The notes beneath the pieces were generated by a model, which was not told the origin of the DNA, searched no databases, and saw only the letters and a list, made by a program, of their open reading frames with translations. The position numbers were made by a program, and so were the translations under genes. A stretch of DNA of 63,732 bases, the filler included, from Octopus bimaculoides (Eukaryota): NCBI RefSeq assembly GCF_001194135.2. It is 6 parts of 5 records of this genome, joined end to end, with 100 filler letters (N's around TTAATTAATTAA, not from the genome) between each part and the next. Parts side by side here need not be neighbours in the genome. Positions count along the whole stretch, not along the records: positions 1 to 15,077 come from NC_069005.1; positions 15,178 to 42,973 come from NC_068992.1; 4 more parts are not named here. One strand, given 5' to 3'. Shown one piece after another: positions 12,562-23,885 of this stretch (positions within the stretch are counted from its first letter, which is position 1; every line of letters starts with the position of its first letter).

Positions 12562-13090
12562 CTACAGTAAAAAAAATGCGGGAGACCCAACTGTGGGATT
12601 TGTGTCAACGTAATAGAAGGATTGGAATATCGATTAGAACAAGGCCATAATTTCACCATAAAAACTAATTTTACATGTGCATCGGAGAACTTGATCTACC
12701 TAATTACATGCTCTGGATGCAAACGGCAATATATTGGACACACTAAAAACAGCCTATGTCAGAGGATGGCGGTACACAAATCCCAAGTTAGGATCCCAGA
12801 AAACAGGAAAATACCTCTCAGTCAGCACATCGACGAATGTGCTTACAACAAATTTCCCAAATTCACAACGTTTCCTCTATACAAATTCAAAGACAAAGCT
12901 AGCCAAAATGAACGCATTAGCAAGGAAATATTTTTTATAAGAAAATACCGACCAAGTCTAAACTAGCAACACTGAGACTTCCATATATATTTTTATATAT
13001 TTACATGTGGATGTGCAAGTTATTCATAAGAAATAAACAAATAGGATCGAAGAACCCGATTTCTATTAAAATCATAGGAGGAACAACTTC
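12562..13090 (+). mobile_element. Penelope-like GIY-YIG endonuclease 3' end and 3' UTR (Neptune-like), direct copy
   Basis: ORF 12622-12966 matches the minus copy closely and continues to KEIFFIRKYRPSLN*. An extra A in the poly-A run near 12569-12576 causes a frameshift upstream. Confidence 0.9.
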
Positions 13091-13096
13091 ACCACG

Positions 13097-13161
<65 letters not shown>

Positions 13162-13767
13162 TATTGTTATTATCATTACTACTGCTAGTTATTCGACGGC
13201 TACAACCACTCCTAGAAATCTTGACCACTATTTAATTTACAAAAACAGATAGTAGTAATCTACTATCACAGCGAGTTGGAATTACCATGCCTTCAAATCG
13301 GAACGAAAGGACGACGTACGCATGCAAGAAATAACAGTAAACTATGAATGTTATTCTTAATTTTAATTTCAATTTCCTTTTATTAATAGCCCTCTTCACT
13401 TCTCATATTTTATACTCATTTTTGATAAGGGNNNNNNNNNNNNNNNNNNNNNNNNNNNNNNNNNNNNNNNNNNNNNNNNNNNNNNNNNNNNNNNNNNNNN
13501 NNNNNNNNNNNNNNNNNNNNNNNNNNNNNNNNNNNNNNNNNNNNNNNNNNNNNNNNNNNNNNNNNNNNNNNNNNNNNNNNNNNNNNNNNNNNNNNNNNNN
13601 NNNNNNNNNNNNNNNNNNNNNNNNNNNNNNNNNNNNNNNNNNNNNNNNNNNNNNNNNNNNNNNNNNNNNNNNNNNNNNNNNNNNNNNNNNNNNNNNNNNN
13701 NNNNNNNNNNNNNNNNNNNNNNNNNNNNNNNNNNNNNNNNNNNNNNNNNNNNNNNNNNNNNNNNNNN

Positions 13768-13812
<45 letters not shown>

Positions 13813-14849
13813 TATATACACACACACATACATAGGACGAACTTCCATGCAGTCATAGTTTTGGTTTAATAAATTCGCTCACAAGACATTGGTTGTCTCG
13901 AGGTAGTAGTAGAAGGCACTTGCTCGGTGTGTTGTTTAGTGGGACTGAGCCCGAAAGTTTGTGGTTGCATAGCGACCTTCGTAAGCAGACAGCCATCCCT
14001 AAACTCTGAGTTCGAATCCCACCGATATCAACTGTACCAATCCTCCACACAGAAGTCGACGAAATAACGTAGCAGTCACGTATTGAGGTCGCAATCAAAA
14101 TTCCAGCCATCTATACTGAGACTTATTTTATTATTTGTTTCCTCATTGAAATTATATGGCAATGGTTACTGTGACCATGTTGTAAATCAATAGCTTACAG
14201 CATATCAACTCGATTCATAAAATGCGAAGCTGTATTTATTGGTTGGAAGAACGAAACAAGTACTGCAAAACCGAAAAACAGCAGTCTGAGGAAGCAAGCA
14301 AATAGCAAGATAAATAACCAAAAATTTAATCATTTTTTCGAATGATTGCCCACCTCCTCCCGACGCAATCTCGTATATTGGAGACACTGTCGACGAACAA
14401 AGACATATCGCGAAAATTAGAGACGATATATCAACCATGATAGGACAAAATGGAAAGTATTTATTATATTATAAGACATGAGAAAATAATAATAATAATA
14501 ATAATAACAACAACAACAAAAAATAATAATAATACTAATAATATTGATAAAACTGCCAAAGGAGAAAACGAAACAAAATACATAATCTCATTATGAAGAT
14601 GGATTTCCCAAGGAGACGCTTTATTCCCGCCTCTCTTAACATTCCCGTTTATCAGTAAGACTATTAATTAATTTGTTGTCGAACGAAAGCAACCCCAGTT
14701 ACAACTCCTGGCCTAATATTGTACAGAAAAATCTAATAGACAGCCAAGAGATAGTTTTGAAAAGAATAATACACAGAATCTCCAAAAATGAGCCAAGGAT
14801 AAACGAAAAGTTGAAGACCTACTCTAAAAAGCTAGATTACATTTCAATG

Positions 14850-15055
14850 TTTACTTTATTTTTATCTTGTTCTAGTGATTGGAGTGCGGCCATGCAGGAA
14901 CACCGTCTGGTAGATATTTTGTTGAAAAAATCGAAACACAAATTCTTGCTTTCTGTGTGGTACTTACTCGATTAGAAATTTTTACAGAACCACCATGTTA
15001 TAAAGACGTAAATAAACCAAACCTGGTTATCAAGCGATGAAGGGACAAATACACA
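14850..15055 (-). mobile_element. SINE family C, 3' half (degenerate)
   Basis: Reverse complement of the GGCGGTGCTCCAGCATGGCCGCAGTC-type tail seen at 51860-51897. Confidence 0.6.
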
Positions 15056-15121
15056 CATACATACATACATATGTATANNNNNNNNNNNNNNNNNNNNNNN
15101 NNNNNNNNNNNNNNNNNNNNN

Positions 15122-15133
15122 TTAATTAATTAA
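15122..15133. other. Synthetic gap spacer TTAATTAATTAA (also at 43018, 45942, 52791, 61871)
   Basis: An identical 12-mer isolated in the middle of five N-runs, with stop codons in all six frames. Confidence 0.9.
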
Positions 15134-15177
15134 NNNNNNNNNNNNNNNNNNNNNNNNNNNNNNNNNNNNNNNNNNNN

Positions 15178-15444
15178 ACAGGGGGTCCGCAAGAACAAGA
15201 GAGGGGGTCCGTGGACAGTAAGTACTTTTTATGGGCAATTTGATTTTATATATGTTTTTTAAGCGAAATCTTTTAATTGACAATTAACCAATTTGTTAAA
15301 TACTTTTAAATAAATAAATGTAAAAATATATGTTATTTTAAGCAAATATTTATGTATAAATTTCATAAGCGTTTATAAGGGGGTCCCTAAGGTAAAGCCT
15401 GAAATATAAAGGGGTCCGCAGGTCAAAAAGTTTGAAAACCACTG
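15178..15444. mobile_element. hAT (Charlie/Tip100-like) non-autonomous element, one end only
   Basis: Ends in GGGGGTCCGCAGGTCAAAAAGTTTGAAAACCACTG (terminus reads CAGTGGTTTTCAAAC on the minus strand), with repeated GGGGGTCC subterminal motifs. The other end is lost in a gap. Confidence 0.7.
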
Positions 15445-17026
15445 GCATAAAAGACGCAGTGGTAAACAAGACCCACGCTATTTTCATCGGAGAAGGTTCA
15501 GAAAAGGAGTGGGGAAAACTAGTGCTTTAAAGCATATCAAATAGGCTTAACCTCGCATATAGAATCCGAGGTGGTGGTGGTGGTGAAGAGAAATGTTTCA
15601 TCTGGTGGTAGGGGTATGTAACTGCTTAGTTCAGGAGAGGAAAGTCCGTTAAAGGGGCAACAGGAGATGAAAAACAAAACAAACAAAAATTTTTTTGAAT
15701 AACAGAAAGTCCACAGGAACATGAAGACTTGTAATTTAGTGGTTGCAGCATATTGGTAAGTAAATCATTCCAACCAGTCGAATGGCCTTCTTTTGTGGTT
15801 AAATAAACAAATGAACAGAACGATAAACGTTCGATTGATGGATCGATAAGCGCGGTTGTATAAGTATCTACTTTACGATCAAGTTCATATACATGCATAC
15901 ATACATACATATATGCATATATAGATTATATGTATATATATAAATAAATAAATAAATATATATATATATATATANNNNNNNNNNNNNNNNNNNNNNNNNN
16001 NNNNNNNNNNNNNNNNNNNNNNNNNNNNNNNNNNNNNNNNNNNNNNNNNNNNNNNNNNNNNNNNNNNNNNNNNNNNNNNNNNNNNNNNNNNNNNNNNNNN
16101 NNNNNNNNNNNNNNNNNNNNNNNNNNNNNNNNNNNNNNNNNNNNNNNNNNNNNNNNNNNNNNNNNNNNNNNNNNNNNNNNNNNNNNNNNNNNNNNNNNNN
16201 NNNNNNNNNNNNNNNNNNNNNNNNNNNNNNNNNNNNNNNNNNNNNNNNNNNNNNNNNNNNNNNNNNNNNNNNNNNNNNNNNNNNNNNNNNNNNNNNNNNN
16301 NNNNNNNNNNNNNNNNNNNNNNNNNNNNNNNNNNNNNNNNNNNNNNNNNNNNNNNNNNNNNNNNNNNNNNNNNNNNNNNNNNNNNNNNNNNNNNNNNNNN
16401 NNNNNNNNNNNNNNNNNNNNNNNNNNNNNNNNNNNNNNNNNNNNNNNNNNNNNNNNNNNNNNNNNNNNNNNNNNNNNNNNNNNNNNNNNNNNNNNNNNNN
16501 NNNNNNNNNNNNNNNNNNNNNNNNNNNNNNNNNNNNNNNNNNNNNNNNNNNNNNNNNNNNNNNNNNNNNNNNNNNNNNNNNNNNNNNNNNNNNNNNNNNN
16601 NNNNNNNNNNNNNNNNNNNNNNNNNNNNNNNNNNNNNNNNNNNNNNNNNNNNNNNNNNNNNNNNNNNNNNNNNNNNNNNNNNNNNNNNNNNNNNNNNNNN
16701 NNNNNNNNNNNNNNNNNNNNNNNNNNNNNNNNNCTATATCCTCTGATTCCGGGATTTCTCTAGTTCTACGGATTTTCTTTCTGACATCGTCCGTTATTTA
16801 TGACAGCAGGATGGATCTGTTATCGCAATGACGCAACACACTCGGTCGTTTTTCATTCAGTTCGTTGTTTCTTTTGCATTCCGCTGCATCAAACGTACAC
16901 TCACATACACGGTTTTATACGCACACACTCACATATATACACTCGCATATATACACTCACATCCTGCGTGAAAACGCACACACATCCACACCGCACTCTC
17001 TCTATTTTTCCTCAGCTTCACTCTCT

Positions 17027-17077
<51 letters not shown>

Positions 17078-17127
17078 TTTCTCTTTCTCACTTCTACATA
17101 CCCTTTTTTTATTCTCCTACATGCTCC

Positions 17128-17450
17128 AGTAATTAGATCGCGGCCATGCTGGGGTACTGCCTTGAAAAAATTTAGTCAAGCGAATCGAAGCCAGTACTTA
17201 TACATTAGGCTTATTACTGATTCTATTGCTACCTGTTGTGGAACCGCTTGGTTACGGGAACATAACAACGGTTACCAAGCAGCGGTGGGGACATCACACA
17301 CACACACACAAAGACACACACACACATACACACACACGCACACACACGAAGGGCTTATTTCAGTTCCTCTCTATCAATTCCCTCACAAGACTACGGTCAG
17401 TGCGCGGCTGTAGTAGAAGACACTTGCCCAATGAGCCATGCAATGAGTGT
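17128..17450 (-). mobile_element. SINE family C with internal (CA)n
   Basis: Contains GCGGCCATGCTGG and GTAGTAGAAGACACTTGCCCAA blocks shared with other copies. Confidence 0.75.
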
Positions 17451-18232
17451 TGGAAATATAGGAGATAGTGAACTTGGCATGACGAAGGTCCCTGATAGGT
17501 GGGTTCCACCCACATCTGCTGCCACCTGCTCAATATATATATATATATATANNNNNNNNNNNNNNNNNNNNNNNNNNNNNNNNNNNNNNNNNNNNNNNNN
17601 NNNNNNNNNNNNNNNNNNNNNNNNNNNNNNNNNNNNNNNNNNNNNNNNNNNNNNNNNNNNNNNNNNNNNNNNNNNNNNNNNNNNNNNNNNNNNNNNNNNN
17701 NNNNNNNNNNNNNNNNNNNNNNNNNNNNNNNNNNNNNNNNNNNNNNNNNNNNNNNNNNNNNNNNNNNNNNNNNNNNNNNNNNNNNNNNNNNNNNNNNNNN
17801 NNNNNNNNNNNNNNNNNNNNNNNNNNNNNNNNNNNNNNNNNNNNNNNNNNNNNNNNNNNNNNNNNNNNNNNNNNNNNNNNNNNNNNNNNNNNNNNNNNNN
17901 NNNNNNNNNNNNNNNNNNNNNNNNNNNNNNNNNNNNNNNNNNNNNNNNNNNNNNNNNNNNNNNNNNNNNNNNNNNNNNNNNNNNNNNNNNNNNNNNNNNN
18001 NNNNNNNNNNNNNNNNNNNNNNNNNNNNNNNNNNNNNNNNNNNNNNNNNNNNNNNNNNNNNNNNNNNNNNNNNNNNNNNNNNNNNNNNNNNNNNNNNNNN
18101 NNNNNNNNNNNNNNNNNNNNNNNNNNNNNNNNNNNNNNNNNNNNNNNNNNNNNNNNNNNNNNNNNNNNNNNNNNNNNNNNNNNNNNNNNNNNNNNNNNNN
18201 NNNNNNNNNNNNNNNNNNNNNNNNNNNNNNNN

Positions 18233-18272
<40 letters not shown>

Positions 18273-18298
18273 ACACATATATATATAATAGTGATAAT

Positions 18299-18510
18299 CC
18301 TTTGCACTATAGGCACAAGGCCTGTAATTTTGGGGAAGGGACTAATCGATTACATCGACCCCAGTGTGTCACTGTTACTTAATTTATCGACGCCGAAATG
18401 AGGAAAGACAAAGTCCACATTGGCGGAATTTGAACTCAGAGCGTGATGGCGGACGAAATGCCGCTAAGCACGTCATCCGGCGTGCTAATAGTTCTGCTAG
18501 CTCGCCTCCA
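18299..18510 (-). mobile_element. SINE family A, near full length, CpG-rich
   Basis: Reverse complement of the family A head and body (ATCGATTACATCGACCCCAG ... GGCGGAATTTGAACTCAGA). Confidence 0.85.
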
Positions 18511-19610
18511 CATGGATAACATTTACTGGTGTCAAGTTGACCGTGGAAGAAAATCTGGGAGCCAGGTTCGATCCTTCGTTTAGTTCTTTCGTTTACTTTA
18601 TGATACTAATTTACATATACTCCTCGTTCTACGGAAATCTATAATATCATTCACATATTGCTGAATACTTTTGAATCCGAGTGTAGACTGAATACTTACC
18701 TCAATTGTTGTCCTTTTTTATCCGGTGTTGTCTTTTTTTTCTTTTGTTATCTCACCTAAAACTTCGTTGCTGTATATACAAGATAGCAGTGAAATCCTGC
18801 CAAGGTGTATTAGTCTTTCATCCTTCCAATGTCGATAAAATAAGCACCAGCCAGATACAGGTGACAATTTAATCAACTTTCGACAAAGGCGTCCTCTAAA
18901 GCAATTTTACAGAATGCCTTTTTCATTGCCAAACTTTCACAACGTCTTTCAACAAACATGTCGTCTTTTCATGATTTTTTTTTCCTTTTGCGTAGTCACA
19001 TAATTTTTCCGTAACTTAGACCCAAAACTCTAGCATCAGTTTTCCTTCTTTTTTTTTTTACTTTCTTGTTATGTTATTGTGGCGTCTATAAACATGATGT
19101 CTTTTATTATGCGAGAAACTATTTTCACAAACAATGCACTGAAAGTTGTATTAAAAACAAGAACTAATTTCCCCAACATTTATTAAATTCACGCTTAGAA
19201 TCACTTTCGGCTTAACTTTTCTTCATTTTCTATTGCACTGTCAAAGGTAAAGAAAGAGTCTTAATTTTCGAGAACTAAACAAACCTGCAAATGTTTACAA
19301 AGGCTGAACAAAGCACAAATCTGTACTCTAAGGAGTGTCAAATATTAACTGACTAGCAGGTATATGCGATAGATAGGCGCTGGTTTCGATTTCATGATTA
19401 ACTAAGTATTAAGTAAGAACGATTTATATAACAGGCTTGTACTACGCCGTTTATATTCATCCAAGAAAATAGCAGTCCAATTGCCCTCAAATTGGACCAT
19501 AATAACTATAACTTATAAAGAATATACATTTCTATATTGAAGTGATGAGGAATTATGTACATTATTTACATTATTTACATTTGACGAAGCCAGGTTCGAA
19601 ATTTCCCCAA

Positions 19611-19656
19611 GACACCTGATGAAGGCTGGAGGGTATATCAGCCGAAACGTTGTGTT
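19611..19656 (+). ncRNA. Type-I minimal hammerhead ribozyme in a dispersed repeat (about 19587-19712)
   Basis: GACAC-CTGATGA-A-GGCTG-gagggtatat-CAGCC-GAAA-CGT-T-GTGTT. The core CUGAUGA/GAAA is intact. Stem II is a 5-bp GGCUG/CAGCC, stem I is GACAC/GUGUU, and stem III is the palindrome ACGU. The predicted cleavage site is after 19651. Confidence 0.8.
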
Positions 19657-20429
19657 AACAACAAACAAGATGAGGACAAATATCCATCAAATGTAAATAA
19701 TGTAAGTAATGTTTAAAAGAATATATTTAATTAATGCAGTCGAAGATTTATTCCAGCTGTTCACGTTTTTTCTAGTGCGATACGTTTTGAATTTAAATAT
19801 ACCCGAGGTCAAATTGAACTTCCTGCCTTTCGGAATTCATAAAATAAAATACAAATCAAGCCTTGGGGGTTGATTTAATTAACTGCTGAATTGTTTCAGC
19901 ATGCATAGGCCAGTATTGGTTCCTTAGAGTAACCCCAAATTTCCGCGGGGCTCCGATGGGAAGTGAAATGATATTAACCGAACCAGAAGACAAAACTTAA
20001 AATTTATAAACACTTATACGTACATTTCCGCTAAAAGTGAAGCCCCTTCAAAGAAATTACTCAAAGCAAGAAAAAACAAAACGAAACAAAAGACATCCTA
20101 AGAGATGTGTGGCCACAGTTGGAAGATCTTTTATCGTAAGGTTACTGAATTATGTATGAAGTGTAATAAGGTCAGGACTAGTAATACAACTACTATATTA
20201 GTATTTATAACGTTAATTTAAGAGAGGTGCAGAGCTGTTGCGTACCTGGTAGGATGTGATTTTGAACGTCCTAGTATAAGCAATACACAGGTACGGTTGT
20301 GTTGTTGTTGAGAAGGTCACTTTGAAATAACATGGTTTCGCGTTCCCTACCACTGCGCAGCGCCTGGTCAAGTGTCTTCTGGTATGGCTCTTTATCAGTG
20401 AATATGGTAAACGGAAATTAGGTAGAGGA

Positions 20430-20461
<32 letters not shown>

Positions 20462-21123
20462 NNNNNNNNNNNNNNNNNNNNNNNNNNNNNNNNNNNNNNN
20501 NNNNNNNNNNNNNNNNNNNNNNNNNNNNNNNNNNNNNNNNNNNNNNNNNNNNNNNNNNNNNNNNNNNNNNNNNNNNNNNNNNNNNNNNNNNNNNNNNNNN
20601 NNNNNNNNNNNNNNNNNNNNNNNNNNNNNNNNNNNNNNNNNNNNNNNNNNNNNNNNNNNNNNNNNNNNNNNNNNNNNNNNNNNNNNNNNNNNNNNNNNNN
20701 NNNNNNNNNNNNNNNNNNNNNNNNNNNNNNNNNNNNNNNNNNNNNNNNNNNNNNNNNNNNNNNNNNNNNNNNNNNNNNNNNNNNNNNNNNNNNNNNNNNN
20801 NNNNNNNNNNNNNNNNNNNNNNNNNNNNNNNNNNNNNNNNNNNNNNNNNNNNNNNNNNNNNNNNNNNNNNNNNNNNNNNNNNNNNNNNNNNNNNNNNNNN
20901 NNNNNNNNNNNNNNNNNNNNNNNNNNNNNNNNNNNNNNNNNNNNNNNNNNNNNNNNNNNNNNNNNNNNNNNNNNNNNNNNNNNNNNNNNNNNNNNNNNNN
21001 NNNNNNNNNNNNNNNNNNNNNNNNNNNNNNNNNNNNNNNNNNNNNNNNNNNNNNNNNNNNNNNNNNNNNNNNNNNNNNNNNNNNNNNNNNNNNNNNNNNN
21101 NNNNNNNNNNNNNNNNNNNNNNN

Positions 21124-21156
<33 letters not shown>

Positions 21157-21564
21157 ATTTATGTATATATATATGTGTGTGTGTGTGTTTATTTGTATGC
21201 ATATATATATGCACACACCCAGAACCACGGTAATAGCATAGGAGTGAAATTTAGGATTTCTCGGTTTTCTGCGAATAGATTTTGATAACACTTTTCCCAG
21301 CTGGTTTGCACGCTATAGCAACACCTATGTTAGGTATTCATTATCCTGTGTAACGTCCTTTCTTTTGTTTTATTTCAGATTCTTAAGTTTTTGGGTGAAC
21401 CGCGCTAATAGCTTTTGAATGAAAATTGCCCATCTCAACATCTTTTTTTTTTTTGTTCAGAAAACGAACCGTGATGATACATATTAAGCATACATTGAGT
21501 ATATATTTAACAGAAAACCATAATAATATTATAACATATATTGGCATAATGAATTATTAAACAA

Positions 21565-21725
21565 GATGTTTATGCCGATAGCCAGCAATTTACGTCGAAA
21601 GATGTCTTATGGGCGTCGATCAAAGCTGCAGCAGAAGCAATCCAACCTGCTAATATTAAAAAATTGACAGATTCTATGACTAATAGGGTTTTTCAAGTTA
21701 TCCGTTGAAATGGCTCTCTTATTAG
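21565..21725 (+). mobile_element. Tc1-like transposase C-terminal fragment
   Basis: DVYADSQQFTSKDVLWASIKAAAEAIQPANIKKLTDSMTNRVFQVIR*NG resembles the Tc1 C-terminal helix pattern (L..SM..R...VI...G). Confidence 0.6.
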
Positions 21726-21799
21726 TGTGGTTTTTTGGCTCTGGGTGTATGTGTGTGTGTGTATTTGTGTGCCTTTGTATGTATGTGTGTGTGCATGTG

Positions 21800-22000
21800 T
21801 GTGTGTGCTTTCCATTCCACCACTTGACAACTGGTGCAGGTTTGCTTACATCCTCTTAGAATTTTAGCGAAAGACACTGATAGAATAAGTACCAGACCGA
21901 AAATGAGTACTGGAAACGATCTGTCCGGCTAAAAGCCTTCAAGGTGATGCCCCAGCATGGTCTCAGTCCACTGAGAGAAACGAGCGAAAGATAAAAGACT
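21800..22000 (+). mobile_element. SINE family C, 3' half (degenerate)
   Basis: Contains GATAGAATAAGTACC and GCCCCAGCATGG blocks. Confidence 0.6.
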
Positions 22001-22659
22001 TGAGCAAAACATACGCTCCACTTAGATATCATCGAAGCTGTTACGATCACGTGAAACACGTCTAATATTTCCTCTTCAAATCAAGCCACACAAATTTGTC
22101 AAATGACTCAAAGAAGAATTATTACATCGTATCCATCTTTCAGTTAATCCGCTTGGCTGGTAGGCGGGAATTTTATCTGATAGCTTGTGGGCTTGGAGTT
22201 TGTTTATTGTGAAGTTTCGCTGAGACAGCAGTATTACATTTTAATACAAAGTAATATCTAAAATCCTTAATGAAAATGTTCAAATTCGAAATGATAATGA
22301 AATAAACGTGACTGAAGTAGACGAAGCGACGGAGTGAAAGAACAAAATATGAATAGAGGAATAGAAACAAAAATATATTTACAGCAGATAACATATTGAA
22401 TTATAGTACATAAGTACAACACGAGTTATATACATACATGTAACGACACACGTTCTCTTCTCGGATGATTCTTTTCCTTCTCTCTGGACTTTTCCCTCTT
22501 TTCTTTTTCTGGGGAAGCGCTTATGCTCGAAACGTCACTTCTTTCCATCTTAAACATTTTCTGAACCTCAGTCTAATATATTCACGGTACGTCCTTTGAC
22601 TTTAGTGTTTTTCCTGTTTTTGTTTTTTGTTTTGATTAGCCTATATTTATGTGTATATA

Positions 22660-22698
<39 letters not shown>

Positions 22699-22740
22699 GG
22701 GGGATGTACGCGTGCTTGATTGTGTTTATCTACACAAATC

Positions 22741-23885
22741 TAAGCTGATTTTTGCTATGCGCAATTCTGATTCACCTACGTCGGATATAGACATGATACT
22801 AGTTGCACGTAGCACTTTGACAGATTTCGATAATAGACTGAGGACGAGATCTGATAGGGTTGACTGTTTGGACATAGAATTATGTCCAAACAGACAGATA
22901 GAAAATGTTGAAGGGGAGAAAAAAGAATTAGTATATATTCCGACGAGTTCAATGACTTATGCTGATTTGTTTGACGCCAATGCTATGTCTTGACATTCAA
23001 CCCTATCAGATCTCGTCCTCAGTCTATTATCGAAATCTATCAAAGTGCTACGTGCAACTAGTATCATGTCTATATCTGACGTAGGTGAATCAGAATTGCG
23101 CCTGGCAAAATTCAGCTTATATATTTGTTTATATGTATAAACATACAAACACACAAATCCTGCGTCTTCATAGCTATTAGGGTCATGGCACTTGTCGCAC
23201 CCGATCAATACAAGTTTGAAGATCAAGAGAGTGGGACTGACTCTCCACACCACTCCATGCCGACTGTAATAGAATTCGTCTTGCTAGTTGTGCTGCAAAC
23301 CAAGACACCATAACGCTTTCTTCATAAGCCCAAGGAAAGAACGGTGTGCAACTGTGACTTACTGAATCCCCATTCGTCGAGAGAATCAGCCAATATACAC
23401 GGCACACGTAAAATAATTAATGAAAAGAAGTAGGCTTCTGACAATGCAGCGATGAAAGCTGAAAAAAACTTTATATATTCAGCTTTCAACTTTCACAGGG
23501 GACGGTAAAAAGCCTGAAGGTATAACAATTTTTCCCTTTCGGTGGCGGTAGTCCCCACATCTGGGATGTCACATGCTGTAACACCTTTTCCAGCAGTAAT
23601 TTAGTACGTTCAATTACCTGAGGTGGCTCTGCTGCTAGCCATGTTGAGAAAAGCACATTGTCGAAGTATCGGTCGCTCTCTGACAGGTTTATGGTAAAGC
23701 CTGCAGCAATGCAAACCTCCGGCCTTCTCGGGTCCTGGACCATATTCCTGCTCAACGCTATCGGGGTGGAGATGGCTATCCGCAAGTGTGAGCCCGAAGA
23801 CTCAGAGCAGCTGTTCCAGTGTATCTCTTTCACAATCCTTCGGGGCAACGGCTTTTATAGTTTGTCTTCTGGGACCACGATGTGA
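22741..23885 (+). mobile_element. Decayed CRE-like RLE LINE 3' part with an inverted duplication at its 5' end
   Basis: DGKKPEGITIFP/FGGGSPHIWDVTCCNTF..GSAASHVEKSTLSKYRSLSDRFMVKPAAMQTSGLLG..LFQCISFTILRGN* matches the PDG..WD.T..AE..K..KY..QRGN endonuclease end of CRE-type LINEs. Upstream SREWD and RIRLASCAA motifs are consistent. Confidence 0.72.

Noticed and set aside
14590-14830. Possible RTE-like C-terminus (DGFPKETLYSRL)
   Set aside because: A single weak motif; the GRP..W motif is missing.
22760-22810. SDIDMILV resembling a nucleotidyltransferase motif
   Set aside because: No upstream G[GS] motif, and it is the antisense reading of the CRE-like LINE inverted arm.
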